A DNA stretch of 64,000 nt from an uncultured Chloroflexia bacterium (GTDB lineage: Bacteria > Chloroflexota > Dehalococcoidia > DSTF01 > JALHUB01): NCBI GenBank assembly GCA_963835655.1, contig CAWIGJ010000003.1:1011380-1075379 (forward strand), written 5' to 3'. Of this stretch, positions 38,253 to 49,624 are shown piece by piece; the stretch's first letter is position 1, and each line of letters begins with the position of its first letter. Made by a program: the position numbers and the translations under genes. The notes under the pieces were generated by a model. That model saw only the letters and a program-made list of their open reading frames with translations, was not told where the DNA came from and did not search any database.

Positions 38253-39332
38253 CTACTCCGTCAACTGGATGAAGTGGATGAGGCTGGCTGCATCGTAGAC
38301 GCCTTTGACGGCGCCCGTCGTTATCTCCGACTTGACGAACCGCCCCTTCACCTCGCAGTGATTCCCTGTGCAGCCGCCGTCACCGTAGCCCTCCAGGAAG
38401 AAGAGCGCGAATCCGTTGACGGTGACGTAGCAGCGCCCTCCGCAAAGGTCGTCGACGATGGGAACAATGACCACGCGCAGGCTGGGCAGGCTGTCTTCAA
38501 CAAATGGGTTGCACTGCTGCACGATAGAATAGCCGCCGGCCTCGTTTGCCGTGAACACCTTGTCGAACGTATCGCAAGACGTGCTGGTGTTGTTAATACG
38601 GTAGTCGACGCCTGTCCTCGTTGGACCCGTCATGTTGCCCGGCTCCGTTAGGCACTCTCCATCGTGGCATTCCGGAGCCGTATCCACGCAACCTAAAGCA
38701 ACGGCTGGCGCTGAGCAGACGGTAGTCTGAGAGCCGTGCTCGATCTCCTGTCGATAGGTACTCGATCCCGTTCCGTCGATCGCCATGCCCCCGAAGTCGC
38801 CGTTGTCTCCTCCCGTGGAGTCATACTTGAGCGTTACCTCACCGCCGACGCCGGCGTCGTCGATTTCACTCTGGAGGACGGCCCACGGGACGACTCCGTC
38901 GCTGCCCCCTGGCGAAGTCTTTATCGCTGTCGCGGTGGCGGTCAAGTCCGCTGAATCAACGCCGATAACCGGGGCAAGCTGGTAATCATGTTGCCGTTGA
39001 AGCCTGACAGTGATTTGTGGATTGGGATGGCCGGACGATTGCTGCTCTACGCTGATGGACTCAATCTGGTCCGGCTGAACACCATTCTTCGCTGCCCATT
39101 GCGTGGCGGACGCGACGGCGGCCTCTTGGTTGGGCAGATCAATGGCGCCGGCCAGCGCCATCGCATCCGCTGCGTTCTGCAGGTCTCGCTTATCATGAGC
39201 AAGCGACCCGATATCGATAGCAAGGGCGCTGAAGCCGATCAGGCCCACAATCATCGCCCCCATAAGAACGACTATCTGTCCGTCTTCACTCCCTCTGAGA
39301 CCCACAAGAATCCGGGACAAGGTACGCATCAC
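38253..39332 (-). CDS. TadG-like pilus assembly protein (TadE/G-like N-terminus plus a large C-terminal domain)
   Basis: N-terminal TM helix followed by GSLAHDKRDLQNAADAMALAGA, typical of the TadE/G family. Confidence 0.6.
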   Translation of the reverse strand: MMRTLSRILVGLRGSEDGQIVVLMGAMIVGLIGFSALAIDIGSLAHDKRDLQNAADAMALAGAIDLPNQEAAVASATQWAAKNGVQPDQIESISVEQQSSGHPNPQITVRLQRQHDYQLAPVIGVDSADLTATATAIKTSPGGSDGVVPWAVLQSEIDDAGVGGEVTLKYDSTGGDNGDFGGMAIDGTGSSTYRQEIEHGSQTTVCSAPAVALGCVDTAPECHDGECLTEPGNMTGPTRTGVDYRINNTSTSCDTFDKVFTANEAGGYSIVQQCNPFVEDSLPSLRVVIVPIVDDLCGGRCYVTVNGFALFFLEGYGDGGCTGNHCEVKGRFVKSEITTGAVKGVYDAASLIHFIQLTE

Positions 39333-39333
39333 A

Positions 39334-39761
39334 CTACTCCAATCGCATGTTGGAGGATGACGAAAGGTCGAAGTAGCCCGGGAAACTCCCGCCCGAAACC
39401 AGCGTGAAGACGCCCGCCAGTGGCGTAATCAGGTTGTATCGATAGTTTGCGCTGACGACGACCGAATTCCCCGGTGCCTGCCCACTTGGATACGTGACAG
39501 AGACCGACGCTAGGTCCAAGCCGGTCGCCGTGTCGCACACACGGCGAACAACCGTCCCCGACTGGGCGCCGGAACAACCAGTCCATGTTCCCGCCGGGTT
39601 GCCAACCACAGCAAAGCGCGCTCCCTCACGGGTAGCGTTCGTCAACTGTATGTAGGACTTGAATCCCATCCCGAAGTCGACGATGCTGAGCGCGAGCAGC
39701 AAGAGGATTGGCAGCACCACGACAAACTCGACCAAACTCTGACTTCGTTCTGAAGACAACC
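39334..39761 (-). CDS. TadE-like protein
   Basis: Start MFQRLSSERSQSLVEFVVVLPILLLLAL. The long ORF-track N-extension is judged spurious. Confidence 0.6.
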
Positions 39762-40020
39762 TTTGAAACATCTCCTCCACTCCCCAGTCTGCTGTTCTCT
39801 CAGCGAATGCAAAAAGCCACCGGCGCGGCCGCCAGTGGCTGACGTGCTCCCCCTGAACCAGCTTTCGGCGGCCCGGCTGCCATGGTCGATTCAAGATCGA
39901 ACTTTAGGCCCGAAGCTTTGCGTCCCGTCCTTTCGAACGGTTTGCCGTTTGTCGAGCAGAACCCAACAACGGGTTCTACTCTTTCAATCGGATGATTGCG
40001 GGAAATCTGCTGCAGGTTGC

Positions 40021-40893
40021 CTATGGGTACGGAAAGCGGAGACGCACGTCCCCAAAGGTCTCAACGCGGAGAATGCGATCGAGGCCAGCAAGGTCCTTGA
40101 TGACCGAGACTTGTGCCTCCGGAAAACACTCGCCAGCAAGCTTCGTTAGGCGTTCCCCTTCGTCCCAGGCGATCTCCGCTACGAGACAGCCGCCTGGACG
40201 GAGACGCGACCTCGCAGACCGTAGCAGCCGCTCCAACACCGCCGTGCCGCCGGGACCGCCGTCCAGCGCCTGCCGTGGCTCATTTTGCCGGATCTCCAGT
40301 GGCAACTTCTCCCAGTCGTTTGTCTTTACATAAGGAAGGTTAGCAGCTATAACCTCGACTGGGTGCGGCAGGGGGTCGACGAGATCCCCATGCAAGAGCT
40401 TGACTCTGTCCGATAAGCCCAATCGCTCGACGTTCCGGGCCGCCAGCTCTAGCGCCTTCTCTGAAGAGTCGATGCCGTAGACGTTGTGATGCGGCAGACG
40501 AATTGCCAGCGCAATGGCGACCGCGCCGCAACCCGTGCCTACGTCGGCGAGTGCGCAAGGATGTTTCGGGGTACCACGGAGCGCTTCATCGACCAGCAGT
40601 TCCGTTTCCGGCCGTGGGATGAGAGTGTCCGGACTCACCCCCAAGTCGATGCCATAGAACTCCTTGTGCCCGATGATGTAGGCCGTTGGCTCGTGGTTTG
40701 CCCGTCGATCAACGAGACGCTCGAAGGAGTTCCGCTGCTTCCTGTCGATCTCTTCGTGGAGTCTTGAGAAGAGCGCCACTCGGTCGAATCCGAGGGCGTG
40801 ACGAAGGAGGACCTCGGCCTCCAGATTGGCGTCGTCAATGCCAAGTTGATGAAGATGGGATTGAGCGGCGCGAAGCGCTTCCGCAAGCGTCAT
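40021..40893 (-). CDS. prmC: Release-factor glutamine methyltransferase PrmC/HemK
   Basis: SAM motif [11 protein letters not shown] and NLPY (NPPY) motif. Confidence 0.85.
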   Translation of the reverse strand: MTLAEALRAAQSHLHQLGIDDANLEAEVLLRHALGFDRVALFSRLHEEIDRKQRNSFERLVDRRANHEPTAYIIGHKEFYGIDLGVSPDTLIPRPETELLVDEALRGTPKHPCALADVGTGCGAVAIALAIRLPHHNVYGIDSSEKALELAARNVERLGLSDRVKLLHGDLVDPLPHPVEVIAANLPYVKTNDWEKLPLEIRQNEPRQALDGGPGGTAVLERLLRSARSRLRPGGCLVAEIAWDEGERLTKLAGECFPEAQVSVIKDLAGLDRILRVETFGDVRLRFPYP

Positions 40894-41996
40894 GCCCGAC
40901 CGACCGCCTGCCGGTGGCCGTCGGACGCGGCTAGCTGTTCCTCTAGCATCCGCGCCTGCTCGCTTGTTGAGACGGGATCGATTATGGGGTCTAGGTCGCC
41001 GTCGAGGATGCCCTGGAGATTGTGCAGCGTGAGCGCGACGCGATGATCAGTCACCCGGTCCTGCGGGAAGTTGTAGGTCCGTATCTTCTCGGCCCGTTCG
41101 CCTGAACCGACCTGCGACCGTCGCGTTTCCGAGACCTCTTGGGCCTGGCGCTGCTGTTCGTAGTCGAGGAGGCGAGCGCGCAGAACGGCCATCGCTCGCA
41201 CGCGGTTCTTCCACTGGGAGCGCTCATCCTGGCACACAACAACGATGCCCGTAGGTATGTGCGTGAGTCGCACGGCAGTGGCGACCTTCTGCACGTTTTG
41301 TCCACCGTGCCCGCTGCTGTGGAAGATGTCGATCCGCAGATCTTCTTCGTTGACATTGACGTCGACCTCTTCCGCCTCCGGCAGCACTGCGACTGTTGCC
41401 GTGGACGTGTGGATGCGGCCCTGCGCTTCCGTCAGCGGTACTCGCTGGACGCGATGAACCCCGCTCTCGTACTTCAGCCGCGAGTAGGCGCCCTTGCCGT
41501 TCACCTCGAAGATGATCTCCTTCAGACCGCCGATGCCACTCTCACTGTGGGATAAGACCTCCGTCTTCCATCCCTTGCGCTCCGCGTAGCGCGTGTACAT
41601 GCGGAAGAGGTCGGCCGCGAAGAGCGCCGCTTCGTCGCCGCCGGTCCCGGCCCGTATCTCGACGATGACGCTCTTCTCATCGCGCGGGTCTGGCGGCAGG
41701 AGCGCGCGGCGGATTTCGTTCTCCAGCCGCTCCTTGTCTCCGGTCAAGCGCTCCAACTCCTCGCGGGCCAGCGCCTCCATCTCGGGGTCGTTCGCCTCTT
41801 CCAGGAGTGCGCGGGCATCTTCGATGCCCCGGTCCGTTTCCCGATAATGCCGATACAGCGAAACGATGTCCTCGAGCGACGCCCGTTCCTTCGCGAGCGT
41901 CTGCAGCCGCTCGTAATCCGACGAGAGGTCAGGGCGGGACATCTCGGCGGTGAGTTCGTCGTATCTGTCGATCAGAGCTTGAAGTCGGTCCAGCAT
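40890..41996 (-). CDS. prfA: Peptide chain release factor 1
   Basis: GGQ motif ([11 protein letters not shown]). The PxT-type decoding region is taken to be present. Confidence 0.9.
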   Translation of the reverse strand: MLDRLQALIDRYDELTAEMSRPDLSSDYERLQTLAKERASLEDIVSLYRHYRETDRGIEDARALLEEANDPEMEALAREELERLTGDKERLENEIRRALLPPDPRDEKSVIVEIRAGTGGDEAALFAADLFRMYTRYAERKGWKTEVLSHSESGIGGLKEIIFEVNGKGAYSRLKYESGVHRVQRVPLTEAQGRIHTSTATVAVLPEAEEVDVNVNEEDLRIDIFHSSGHGGQNVQKVATAVRLTHIPTGIVVVCQDERSQWKNRVRAMAVLRARLLDYEQQRQAQEVSETRRSQVGSGERAEKIRTYNFPQDRVTDHRVALTLHNLQGILDGDLDPIIDPVSTSEQARMLEEQLAASDGHRQAVGRA

Positions 41997-42074
41997 CTCA
42001 TGCCATCCACAGAGAAACCCCGATCTTGTCGGGGCTCCCAGACGGCTCGATCATACCACAGCAGACGTGCCCCG

Positions 42075-43366
42075 TCAGCGGACCAGGCCTCTCAGGAAGG
42101 CGATGGCCTCCCGCTGGAGCAACTCTCGTTGGCTGGCATCGTCCATGTTCCGGAGCTGTACGCTGCCGGTTGCCAGTTCCTGCTTGCCCATGATCGCGAC
42201 CCACTTCGCTCCCAGCGCGTTCGCCTGTCGCATCTGCGACTTCAGGCTGCGTTCGCCGGTCCCGATAGTCGTCGGCGTCCCCTCACGACGCAAGAGGCTC
42301 GCGAATTTGAACGCCTCTGCGCGTGCGTCCGTCCCATGATACGCGACGTAAACCAGCGGCATGACGGGCTGAGGAACCGGCGACCTCCGTCGCTTCATAT
42401 TCAAGACCATTCGTTCGACGCCTGTGGCAAAGCCGATTCCGGCGGTCGCCTTGCCACCCAGCTCTTCGATCAGGTAGTCGTAGCGGCCGCCCGCGCCGAT
42501 CGTGCTCTGAGTGCCGCCGCCACGCGGCTGAATCTCGAAGACAGTGCGCGTGTAGTAGTCGAGGCCGCGCACGAGGTGGGGCGTAAGCTCGTACGGTACT
42601 CCGAGGGCATCAAGGTAAGTGCGTACGTCATTGAAGTGGCGACGGCAGTCCTCGCAAAGGTAATCAATGATCGACGGCGCGCCCGCGATAATCGGCTGGC
42701 AACTCGCCTGCTTGCAGTCGAGGAGACGCAACGGATTGCGTTCGTAGCGGTCCCGGCAGTCGCGACAGACTTCACCCAGGTGCGGCTCATAGTATGCGCG
42801 CAGAGCCTCAAGGTAGCGCGGCCGGCAGACGCGGTCGCCGATGCTGTTGAGCAAGAGAACGAGGTCGCCGAGCCCAAGGTCAGCGTAGAGACGCCAGAGT
42901 AGCTCGACGATCTCCGCATCGATCGCCGCATCCCCGTCGCCGATGGCCTCGCAGCCGAACTGCGTGTGCTGGCGTCTCCGGCCTGCCTGTGGGCGCTCAT
43001 AGCGAAAAGTGGGTGCGATGTAGTAGAGACGCACGGGCTGCGGCAGGTTCGACATGCCGTGCTGGAGGTAGGCACGACAGATCGGCGCGGTGCCCTCGGG
43101 CTTTAGGGCCAGCCTCTCGCCGCTGCGGTCCTCGAAAACGTACATCTCCTTGCGGACGACGTCCGAGCCTTCGCCGGCGCCGCGTTCGAACAAGTCTGCC
43201 TGCTCGAAAGCCGGCGTGTCGACGCGTCCGTATCCGAAGAGCCGACACAGCCGTTCCGCGGCGTCGATCGCCGATTGCCAGTACGGCTGTTCGTCGGGGA
43301 GGACGTCGCCGGTGCCGCGAGGCGCGGAGAACAAAGCATGCTCCTGGGTCGGATTCGGCTCCAGCA
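42075..43366 (-). CDS. hisS: Histidyl-tRNA synthetase
   Basis: Class II motifs plus a C-terminal anticodon-binding domain. Start set at MLEPNPTQEH. The ORF-track extension is judged spurious. Confidence 0.85.
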
Positions 43367-43486
43367 TAGCGAAGGGGCTGCCACCTGTAAAGGCGTGGTT
43401 CCGGCTGCCGCTTCCGCCTGCAAACCATCTTTTTCCCACGTCCCGCCCTAGCTGCGTTTTCTTTGCAAGAGGATGTCCTACTCCCG

Positions 43487-43511
43487 GGCCGTTCGGGAAA
43501 GCCGAACGGCC
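43487..43511. repeat. Perfect 10-bp-stem hairpin (GGCCGTTCGG gaaag CCGAACGGCC) in the hisS/rel divergent intergenic region
   Basis: Read directly from the sequence. Confidence 0.6.
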
Positions 43512-43581
43512 TCTCCCCCACTCGATCACACCCCCTTTGACCGATATGCTACAGTGGATACGGAAGGTCGGACGCTCTCCC

Positions 43582-45768
43582 ATGCCTGCCACCGTAGAAG
43601 AACTCATTCAGAAAGCCCAGTCATATCTGCCGGGCGATAGGATCCAACTCATCGAGGAAGCCTACCGCTTCGCCGAGGAGTGTCACCGCGACCAGCTCCG
43701 CAAGACCGGCGATCCCTACATCACGCACCCACTCGATGCTGCCAATACCGTCGCCGACCTCCAGCTCGACGCCTCCGCCGTCGCCGCCGCGCTCATTCAC
43801 GACGTCGAAGAAGACTGCGGCGTCACCAATGCCGAGCTGACCAAGCGCTTCGGACGCGAAGTCGCCCACCTCGTCGACGGAGCGACGAAGCTGGAGAAGA
43901 TCTCCTGGAAGGCGCCGGAAGAGCCTGTCCGTGACCGGGAAACCCAGGCCGAGAACCTTCGCAAGATGTTCTTGGCCATGGCCCGCGATGTTCGCGTCGT
44001 CATCATCAAGCTCGCCGACCGGTTACACAACATGCGGACCCTCTATGCCCTATCGCCTGAGAAGCAGCAACTCGTCGCCCAGGAGACAATGGAGATCTAC
44101 GCGCCGCTGGCCAGCCGCCTCGGCATCTGGCAGATCGGCCGCGAACTAGAGGACCTTTCCTTCCGCTACCTGAATGAGGAACGCTACCGGCAGATCGCGA
44201 ACCTGCTCGCTTCCAGCCGCGCGGCCCGTGAGAAATACATCGCCCAAGTCGAGAGCATCCTGCGGAAGGAACTCGACAAGAACGGCGTCCATGCCGAGGT
44301 GCAGGGCCGCGCCAAGCACCTCTACAGCATCAACAAGAAGATGGAGAAGTACGCTGCCCAGGGCAAGACGTTCAACGAGATCTACGACCTCTTGGCCCTG
44401 CGCGTTCTGGTCGAGGCCGAGGCCGATTGCTATCGCGCCCTTGGCGTTGTCCATAACCTGTGGCGGCCCATTCCAGGTCAGTTCGACGACTACATCGCCA
44501 ACCCGCGGGAAGGCGTCTATCGCTCACTACACACGACAGTCCTCTGCCTCGGCGCGCGCGCCCTTGAAGTCCAGATTCGGACCCACGAGATGCACCGGCT
44601 GGCTGAGTACGGCGTTGCCGCTCACTGGCGATACAAGGAAGGTGGCAAGCGCGATCATCAGTTCGAGGAGCGCGTCTCCTGGCTGCGACAGTTGCTGGAG
44701 TGGCAGCGCGACATGGCCGGGGCGGACGACTTCGTTGAGCTGGTGAAGACCGACCTTTTCCAGGACCAGGTCTTCGTTTACACGCCGAAGGGCGAGGTGA
44801 AAGACCTGCCCGTCCATTCCACGCCGATCGACTTCGCCTATCGCATCCACACCGACATCGGACACCGCTGCATTGGCGCCAGAGTCAACGGGCGCCTGGT
44901 GCCGCTGAACTATCAGCTCCAGAACGGCGACATGGTCGAAGTCCTGACCAGCAAGGCGCCGCGCGGGCCGTCGCGCGACTGGTTGAACATGGATCTCGGC
45001 TACGTCATGACCACCCACGCCCGCGAAAAGATCCGCGCCTGGTTCAAGCTACAGGAGCGCGCCGCCAACGTTGAGCGGGGGCGCGACCTACTGCACAAAG
45101 AGCTGCGGCGCCTCGGCTTGAGCCTTTCCGACTCCCAGGACCTGCTGCTTCGCTCCTTCAAGATCGATGACATGGACGAGTTCCTGGCGGCCATCGGCTA
45201 CGGCGGCGTCAGCCTGCATCAAGTCGTGACGAAACTCACGCCGCTGGTGCAGCCGGAGCAACCACCCGAGGAGCTGACTATCACGCCGCAGAAGATGGTC
45301 TATACGGCGAGCGTCGAAGTCCTCGGCTCCGGCGACCTGCTGACGCAACTGGCCCGCTGCTGCAATCCCGTTCCCGGCGATCTCATCGTAGGGTATGTGA
45401 CCCGAAGCCGCGGTGTGACCGTTCACCGGCGCGACTGCGGCAACGTCTTGCGCGAGGACGAGAAGGAGCGCCTCGTCGAAGTCGAATGGGGGAAGACCGG
45501 TCAGCTATATCCCGTGGCCGTTCGCATCGAAGCCTGGGATCGAGTCGGCCTCATTCGCGATATCGGCAGTATCGTCGCCGAGGAGAAGGTCAATATGGCG
45601 GCCGTTCGAACGCAGGAGCACAGCGACCATACCGTAAGTGTCTTCCTGACGCTCCTTACCGCCGGCGTCGACCAGCTTACGCGGCTCCTGAGCAAACTCG
45701 AGGCTGTTCGCGGCGTCTTCTCCGTCGACCGTCACATCGAAGGCGCGGAGCGTCAGGTTAGGACGTAG
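43582..45768 (+). CDS. rel: Bifunctional (p)ppGpp synthetase/hydrolase Rel (HD, synthetase, TGS and ACT domains)
   Basis: HD motif HDVVEDT-like (IHDVEED), synthetase RAKHLYS, TGS and a C-terminal ACT domain. Start at MPATVEEL. Confidence 0.9.
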   Translation: MPATVEELIQKAQSYLPGDRIQLIEEAYRFAEECHRDQLRKTGDPYITHPLDAANTVADLQLDASAVAAALIHDVEEDCGVTNAELTKRFGREVAHLVDGATKLEKISWKAPEEPVRDRETQAENLRKMFLAMARDVRVVIIKLADRLHNMRTLYALSPEKQQLVAQETMEIYAPLASRLGIWQIGRELEDLSFRYLNEERYRQIANLLASSRAAREKYIAQVESILRKELDKNGVHAEVQGRAKHLYSINKKMEKYAAQGKTFNEIYDLLALRVLVEAEADCYRALGVVHNLWRPIPGQFDDYIANPREGVYRSLHTTVLCLGARALEVQIRTHEMHRLAEYGVAAHWRYKEGGKRDHQFEERVSWLRQLLEWQRDMAGADDFVELVKTDLFQDQVFVYTPKGEVKDLPVHSTPIDFAYRIHTDIGHRCIGARVNGRLVPLNYQLQNGDMVEVLTSKAPRGPSRDWLNMDLGYVMTTHAREKIRAWFKLQERAANVERGRDLLHKELRRLGLSLSDSQDLLLRSFKIDDMDEFLAAIGYGGVSLHQVVTKLTPLVQPEQPPEELTITPQKMVYTASVEVLGSGDLLTQLARCCNPVPGDLIVGYVTRSRGVTVHRRDCGNVLREDEKERLVEVEWGKTGQLYPVAVRIEAWDRVGLIRDIGSIVAEEKVNMAAVRTQEHSDHTVSVFLTLLTAGVDQLTRLLSKLEAVRGVFSVDRHIEGAERQVRT

Positions 45769-45798
45769 CCCTACACACGCATGCACAGGGAGGTGCAC

Positions 45799-45963
45799 AT
45801 GCAGAATATATTCCTCGTCGCGCTAACCGTGTTTGTGGGACTTCTCTGGGCTGGCACGATCGGTCCCGAGATGAAGTGGACGGCGACGATGTTCGGCCTA
45901 TCGCTGATGGCCATCATCGCCGAAGGCGGTGTTCAGGCAGGCAGGCGCCGTCATCACCACTAG
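45799..45963 (+). CDS. Small membrane protein (54 aa)
   Basis: RBS GGGAGG before the ATG. Two hydrophobic segments. Confidence 0.35.
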   Translation: MQNIFLVALTVFVGLLWAGTIGPEMKWTATMFGLSLMAIIAEGGVQAGRRRHHH

Positions 45964-46008
45964 AGCACGACAGCAGCGGAAGCCTTCCGGTTTCGGCTGC
46001 CGGATTCC

Positions 46009-48408
46009 CTATGACCGCAGGGTGGCGCCTATCTCATGCCTCAGGCGCTCCACAATCCCTCGCTGCGCCCGCGCCACTTCTTCGTCCGTGAGCGTGTGGT
46101 CGAGCGATTGATAGGTCACTTCGAACGCCAGCGATTTTTTGCCTGCGCCCACCTGCTCGCCTGTGTAGTGGTCGAACAGCCGGGCCTCTCGCACCAGCGG
46201 TGCCTTCTCGATGGTCGACTTGATCCGTCCTGCCGCCACGACCTCATCAACGATTAGCGCTATGTCCTGCACAACCGGTGGGAATCGCGAGATAGGCTCG
46301 TAGCGGCGCTGTCCGCTCACATGTGGCAGCAGGCGGTCCAGCACAACCTCGAACAGACAGGCATCGCCCTGGACGTCGAAAGCTGCGGCGACCCGTGGAT
46401 GCACCTGACCGATCACCGCGACGATCTCGCCCTTTTTCACCACCTCCGCAGACCTGCCGGGCACCATTCCGAAAACGTCGGCGGCAACGAACTCAGCCTC
46501 GAGACCTAGACCGTCAAGAAGAGCCTCAAGATAGCCCTTCGCGTCGTAGAAATCGATGGGCTTTTCGGTTGGATGTCCCCAGCGGTCCTCGCGCCGTCCT
46601 CCAATGAGCCCCGTCACGTGCTCCTCTTCGAGCGGCAGATCGGAGCCGCGCGGAAGATAGGCGCGCGCCGCTTCGAAAATGGCTATCTCGCCGGCAGCGT
46701 AGCGCTGGTTCGCCGCTAGCGTCTGCAGTAGGCTCGCCCGCAGCGTCGTTCGAAGGTACTCGTGCTGACTGCTCAGGCTGTTGATGACCCGCAGCGGCGG
46801 CTGCTCCTCCAGAAGTTCCGGCGGAACGACGTGCTGCAGCGCTTCGAGCGTGGTCAGCGAATAGTTGATGACCTCCTGCATGCCCGCCGCGGTCAGAAGG
46901 TCCCGCGCGCGCTCGCGAAGGCCTCGCAGGGGTTGCGGTATCACCGGCGGCACTTCGCCGCGCAGGTTGGTTACCGGCAGTTCGTCGTAGCCGACCATCC
47001 GCGCTACCTCTTCGGCGACGTCGTCAGCTATGCGAACGTCCATACGCCAGAAAGGGACATCGGCCAGATAGCCGTCGTCCTGTGACCGGCAACCGAACTC
47101 CAGCCCTTCCAGAACCTCGCATACCCGCTTCTCCGGCAGGTCTAGCCCCAGGATGGTTCGAAGCCGCGGCTTTGGAACTTGGACCGCGACCGGCTGCGCC
47201 TTCCGTGGATAGACATCGACACATCCCTTCGCGGCTCGGCCGCCTGCCACCTCTACCATCAGCTTCGTCGCCCGCTTGGAAGCAAACATCGACAGCTCTG
47301 GGCTGAGCCCTTTCTCGAAGCGGCTCGACGCCTCGCTCCGTGCCTTCAGCCGCACGCTTGTCCGGCGGATGCTCGCCGCACCGAAGTTTGCCGATTCTAG
47401 CAGCACCGTCCGCGTGTCCTCGCGCACCTCGCTGTTCGCCCCGCCCATGACGCCGGCCAGCGCCACACCTTCCGACGCGTCGGCGATGACGAGCATGTCC
47501 GGCAGAAGCTCGTGGTCGACGCCGTCGAGCGTCGTCATCTTTTCCTCCGGCAGCGCCCGCCGAACGACTATCTTGCCGCCGCTTAGCAGCTTGTAGTCGA
47601 ACGCGTGCAACGGCTGACCGAGTTCCAGCATGACGTAGTTCGTGATATCGACGATGTTGTTGATGGGCCGCATGCCGGCGGCAATTAGCCGCTCCTGCAT
47701 CCACGGCGGCGAGTCCCCCAGCTTCACGTCTTCGATCAGGGTTGCCACGTAGCGCGAGCACAGGTCATCGTCGGCTATTTCGACGGCCACGCGGCCCTCC
47801 ACCGGGCCGCCTGCCTCTTCATAGGAGCAGTCTGGGTAGCGGACCTTCTTTCCGGTCAGCGCCGCCACTTCGCGCGCGATTCCGACCATCGAGAGACAGT
47901 CGCCGCGGTTCGGGGTAACGGCGATCTCGAGGACGGTGTCGCCCATATATTCCTGAAGCGGCGTTCCGATCGGCGCGTCGCCGTCCAGGACCAGGATACC
48001 TACGTGTTCATCGGAGATGCCGAGTTCTCGCTCTGAAAGCACCATTCCCGCCGATTCGACGCCGCGGATCGTCGCCGGCGTCAGCGTCACCTGTTCTCGG
48101 GTTGATGGGTTGATGATGTGAGCACCCACCTTTCCGAACGCGATCTTCTGGCCTTCAGTCACGTTGGGCGCGCCACATACAACGGTCATTTGCTCGCCGC
48201 CAAGGTCGACGGTCGCCAGCTTCAATCGATCGGCGTTCGGGTGCTGTTCGACCTTCGTGACGAGCGCAACGTAGATGCCCTCCCAGTCGCCGCCCAGCCG
48301 TTCGATGTGGTCGACTTCCGACCCGGACATAGTGAGTCGGTGAGCAAGCTCCTTCGGTGGCAGGTCGATGTCGACGTAGTCCGCCAGCCAGCGCAGTGAT
48401 GCTCTCAT
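46009..48408 (-). CDS. pheT: Phenylalanyl-tRNA synthetase beta subunit
   Basis: 799 aa with tRNA-binding, B3/B4, B5 and FDX-ACB domains. Confidence 0.9.
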   Translation of the reverse strand: MRASLRWLADYVDIDLPPKELAHRLTMSGSEVDHIERLGGDWEGIYVALVTKVEQHPNADRLKLATVDLGGEQMTVVCGAPNVTEGQKIAFGKVGAHIINPSTREQVTLTPATIRGVESAGMVLSERELGISDEHVGILVLDGDAPIGTPLQEYMGDTVLEIAVTPNRGDCLSMVGIAREVAALTGKKVRYPDCSYEEAGGPVEGRVAVEIADDDLCSRYVATLIEDVKLGDSPPWMQERLIAAGMRPINNIVDITNYVMLELGQPLHAFDYKLLSGGKIVVRRALPEEKMTTLDGVDHELLPDMLVIADASEGVALAGVMGGANSEVREDTRTVLLESANFGAASIRRTSVRLKARSEASSRFEKGLSPELSMFASKRATKLMVEVAGGRAAKGCVDVYPRKAQPVAVQVPKPRLRTILGLDLPEKRVCEVLEGLEFGCRSQDDGYLADVPFWRMDVRIADDVAEEVARMVGYDELPVTNLRGEVPPVIPQPLRGLRERARDLLTAAGMQEVINYSLTTLEALQHVVPPELLEEQPPLRVINSLSSQHEYLRTTLRASLLQTLAANQRYAAGEIAIFEAARAYLPRGSDLPLEEEHVTGLIGGRREDRWGHPTEKPIDFYDAKGYLEALLDGLGLEAEFVAADVFGMVPGRSAEVVKKGEIVAVIGQVHPRVAAAFDVQGDACLFEVVLDRLLPHVSGQRRYEPISRFPPVVQDIALIVDEVVAAGRIKSTIEKAPLVREARLFDHYTGEQVGAGKKSLAFEVTYQSLDHTLTDEEVARAQRGIVERLRHEIGATLRS

Positions 48409-48415
48409 GGCTCTC

Positions 48416-49459
48416 TCAGAACTGCCTCAGAAAACGCAGGTCGTCGGCATAGAACAGGCGAATGTCCTCGATGCCGTATCGCAGCATCGCGATCCGCTCC
48501 ATCCCCAGTCCGGCCGCGAAACCGGTGTAGCGGCTGGCGTCATAACCCATGTTGGCCAGTATCTCGGGATGCACCATTCCTGCGCCCAGGATCTCTATCC
48601 ATCCTTCGCCGTTACACGTCCGGCAGCCGGTGCCGCCGCAAATCATGCAGTCGATCGCCATCTCCGCGCCGGGCTCGACGAATGGGAAGTAGTCGCAGCG
48701 GAAGCGGACTCGGCGCTCCTGCCCGAAAATCCGTTTGGCGAATTCAAACAGCGTGCCTTTGAGATCAGTGAGGCTGATGCCTTCGTCAACCGCCAGCAAC
48801 TCGATTTGCGTCTGCATCCACTCGTGCGTCACGTCCGTCGCCTCGTTACGATAGCATCGTCCAGGCACGACGACCCGAATGGGCGGCTTCGTCTTCTCCA
48901 TCACCCGCACTTGGTTCGGCGAGGTGTGCGTTCTCATCACGACGTCGTATTCGCCGCCGTGCTGGATGTCGACGTATAGGGTGTCCATCGTGTCGCGGGC
49001 GGGGTGGTCTTTGCCTATCCGCAGCGCCTCGAAGTTGTAGTAGTCCGACTCAACCTCCGGCCCTTCGACTACGGAAAAGCCCATCGATACGAAGGCGGCC
49101 AGCACGTCGCGGAGGGTCTGCGTCACGGGATGCAGCCTTCCGACGCCCTTCTCGCGCCCAGGGAGCGTCACGTCCAGTCTGCCGCTTTCAATGGCGGTCA
49201 ATCGCTCTCGTTGGAGTTGCTCCTGCCGCTCCGCCAGGGCGCTCTCCAACGCCTGCTTCAGGCCGTTTGCCGCCGCTCCCATGGTCCGCCGCTGCTCAAC
49301 AGGAAGGTCACTCAGGCTGCGGAGGACGCTGGTCAGGCGGCCCTTGCGGCCCAGCCACTCGACGCGCCACGTCTCCAGCGACGCGTCATCGCTCGTGGCG
49401 GCAAGCTCGGCTCGAGCCTGCTCTTCGATTCTGTTCAGTTCGTCTATCATGGATTGCAA
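48416..49459 (-). CDS. pheS: Phenylalanyl-tRNA synthetase alpha subunit
   Basis: Class II catalytic core motifs. Confidence 0.9.
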   Translation of the reverse strand: MQSMIDELNRIEEQARAELAATSDDASLETWRVEWLGRKGRLTSVLRSLSDLPVEQRRTMGAAANGLKQALESALAERQEQLQRERLTAIESGRLDVTLPGREKGVGRLHPVTQTLRDVLAAFVSMGFSVVEGPEVESDYYNFEALRIGKDHPARDTMDTLYVDIQHGGEYDVVMRTHTSPNQVRVMEKTKPPIRVVVPGRCYRNEATDVTHEWMQTQIELLAVDEGISLTDLKGTLFEFAKRIFGQERRVRFRCDYFPFVEPGAEMAIDCMICGGTGCRTCNGEGWIEILGAGMVHPEILANMGYDASRYTGFAAGLGMERIAMLRYGIEDIRLFYADDLRFLRQF

Positions 49460-49624
49460 GTACGCTGCTATCAGGTGGGATTAGGGGTAGAGGCAGCAGG
49501 TTATCGAAGCTATTATGATGTCACGTATTCAATCGGTCAACCGATTACGCTGCCGTTGTCCGCCTCCTGTCCGCCCAATCGTGGCACTTAGCGACAAACG
49601 ATAGTAAGATCGTTACAGGCATCC

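Noticed and set aside
41847-42902. Plus-strand 351-aa ORF
   Set aside because: Antisense to hisS and the prfA 5' region. No motifs.
43090-43581. N-terminal 164-aa extension of the rel ORF in the ORF track
   Set aside because: The extension is antisense to hisS and Ser/Pro/Arg-rich. The genuine Rel N-terminus (MPATVEELIQKAQ) begins at 43582.
47024-47761. Minus-strand 245-aa Arg/Gly-rich ORF inside pheT
   Set aside because: Alternative frame of pheT. Low complexity.
49460-49624. Possible T-box leader upstream of pheST
   Set aside because: No T-box consensus (AATTAGGGTGGNACCGCG-like) or specifier/antiterminator architecture could be recognised by eye in either orientation.
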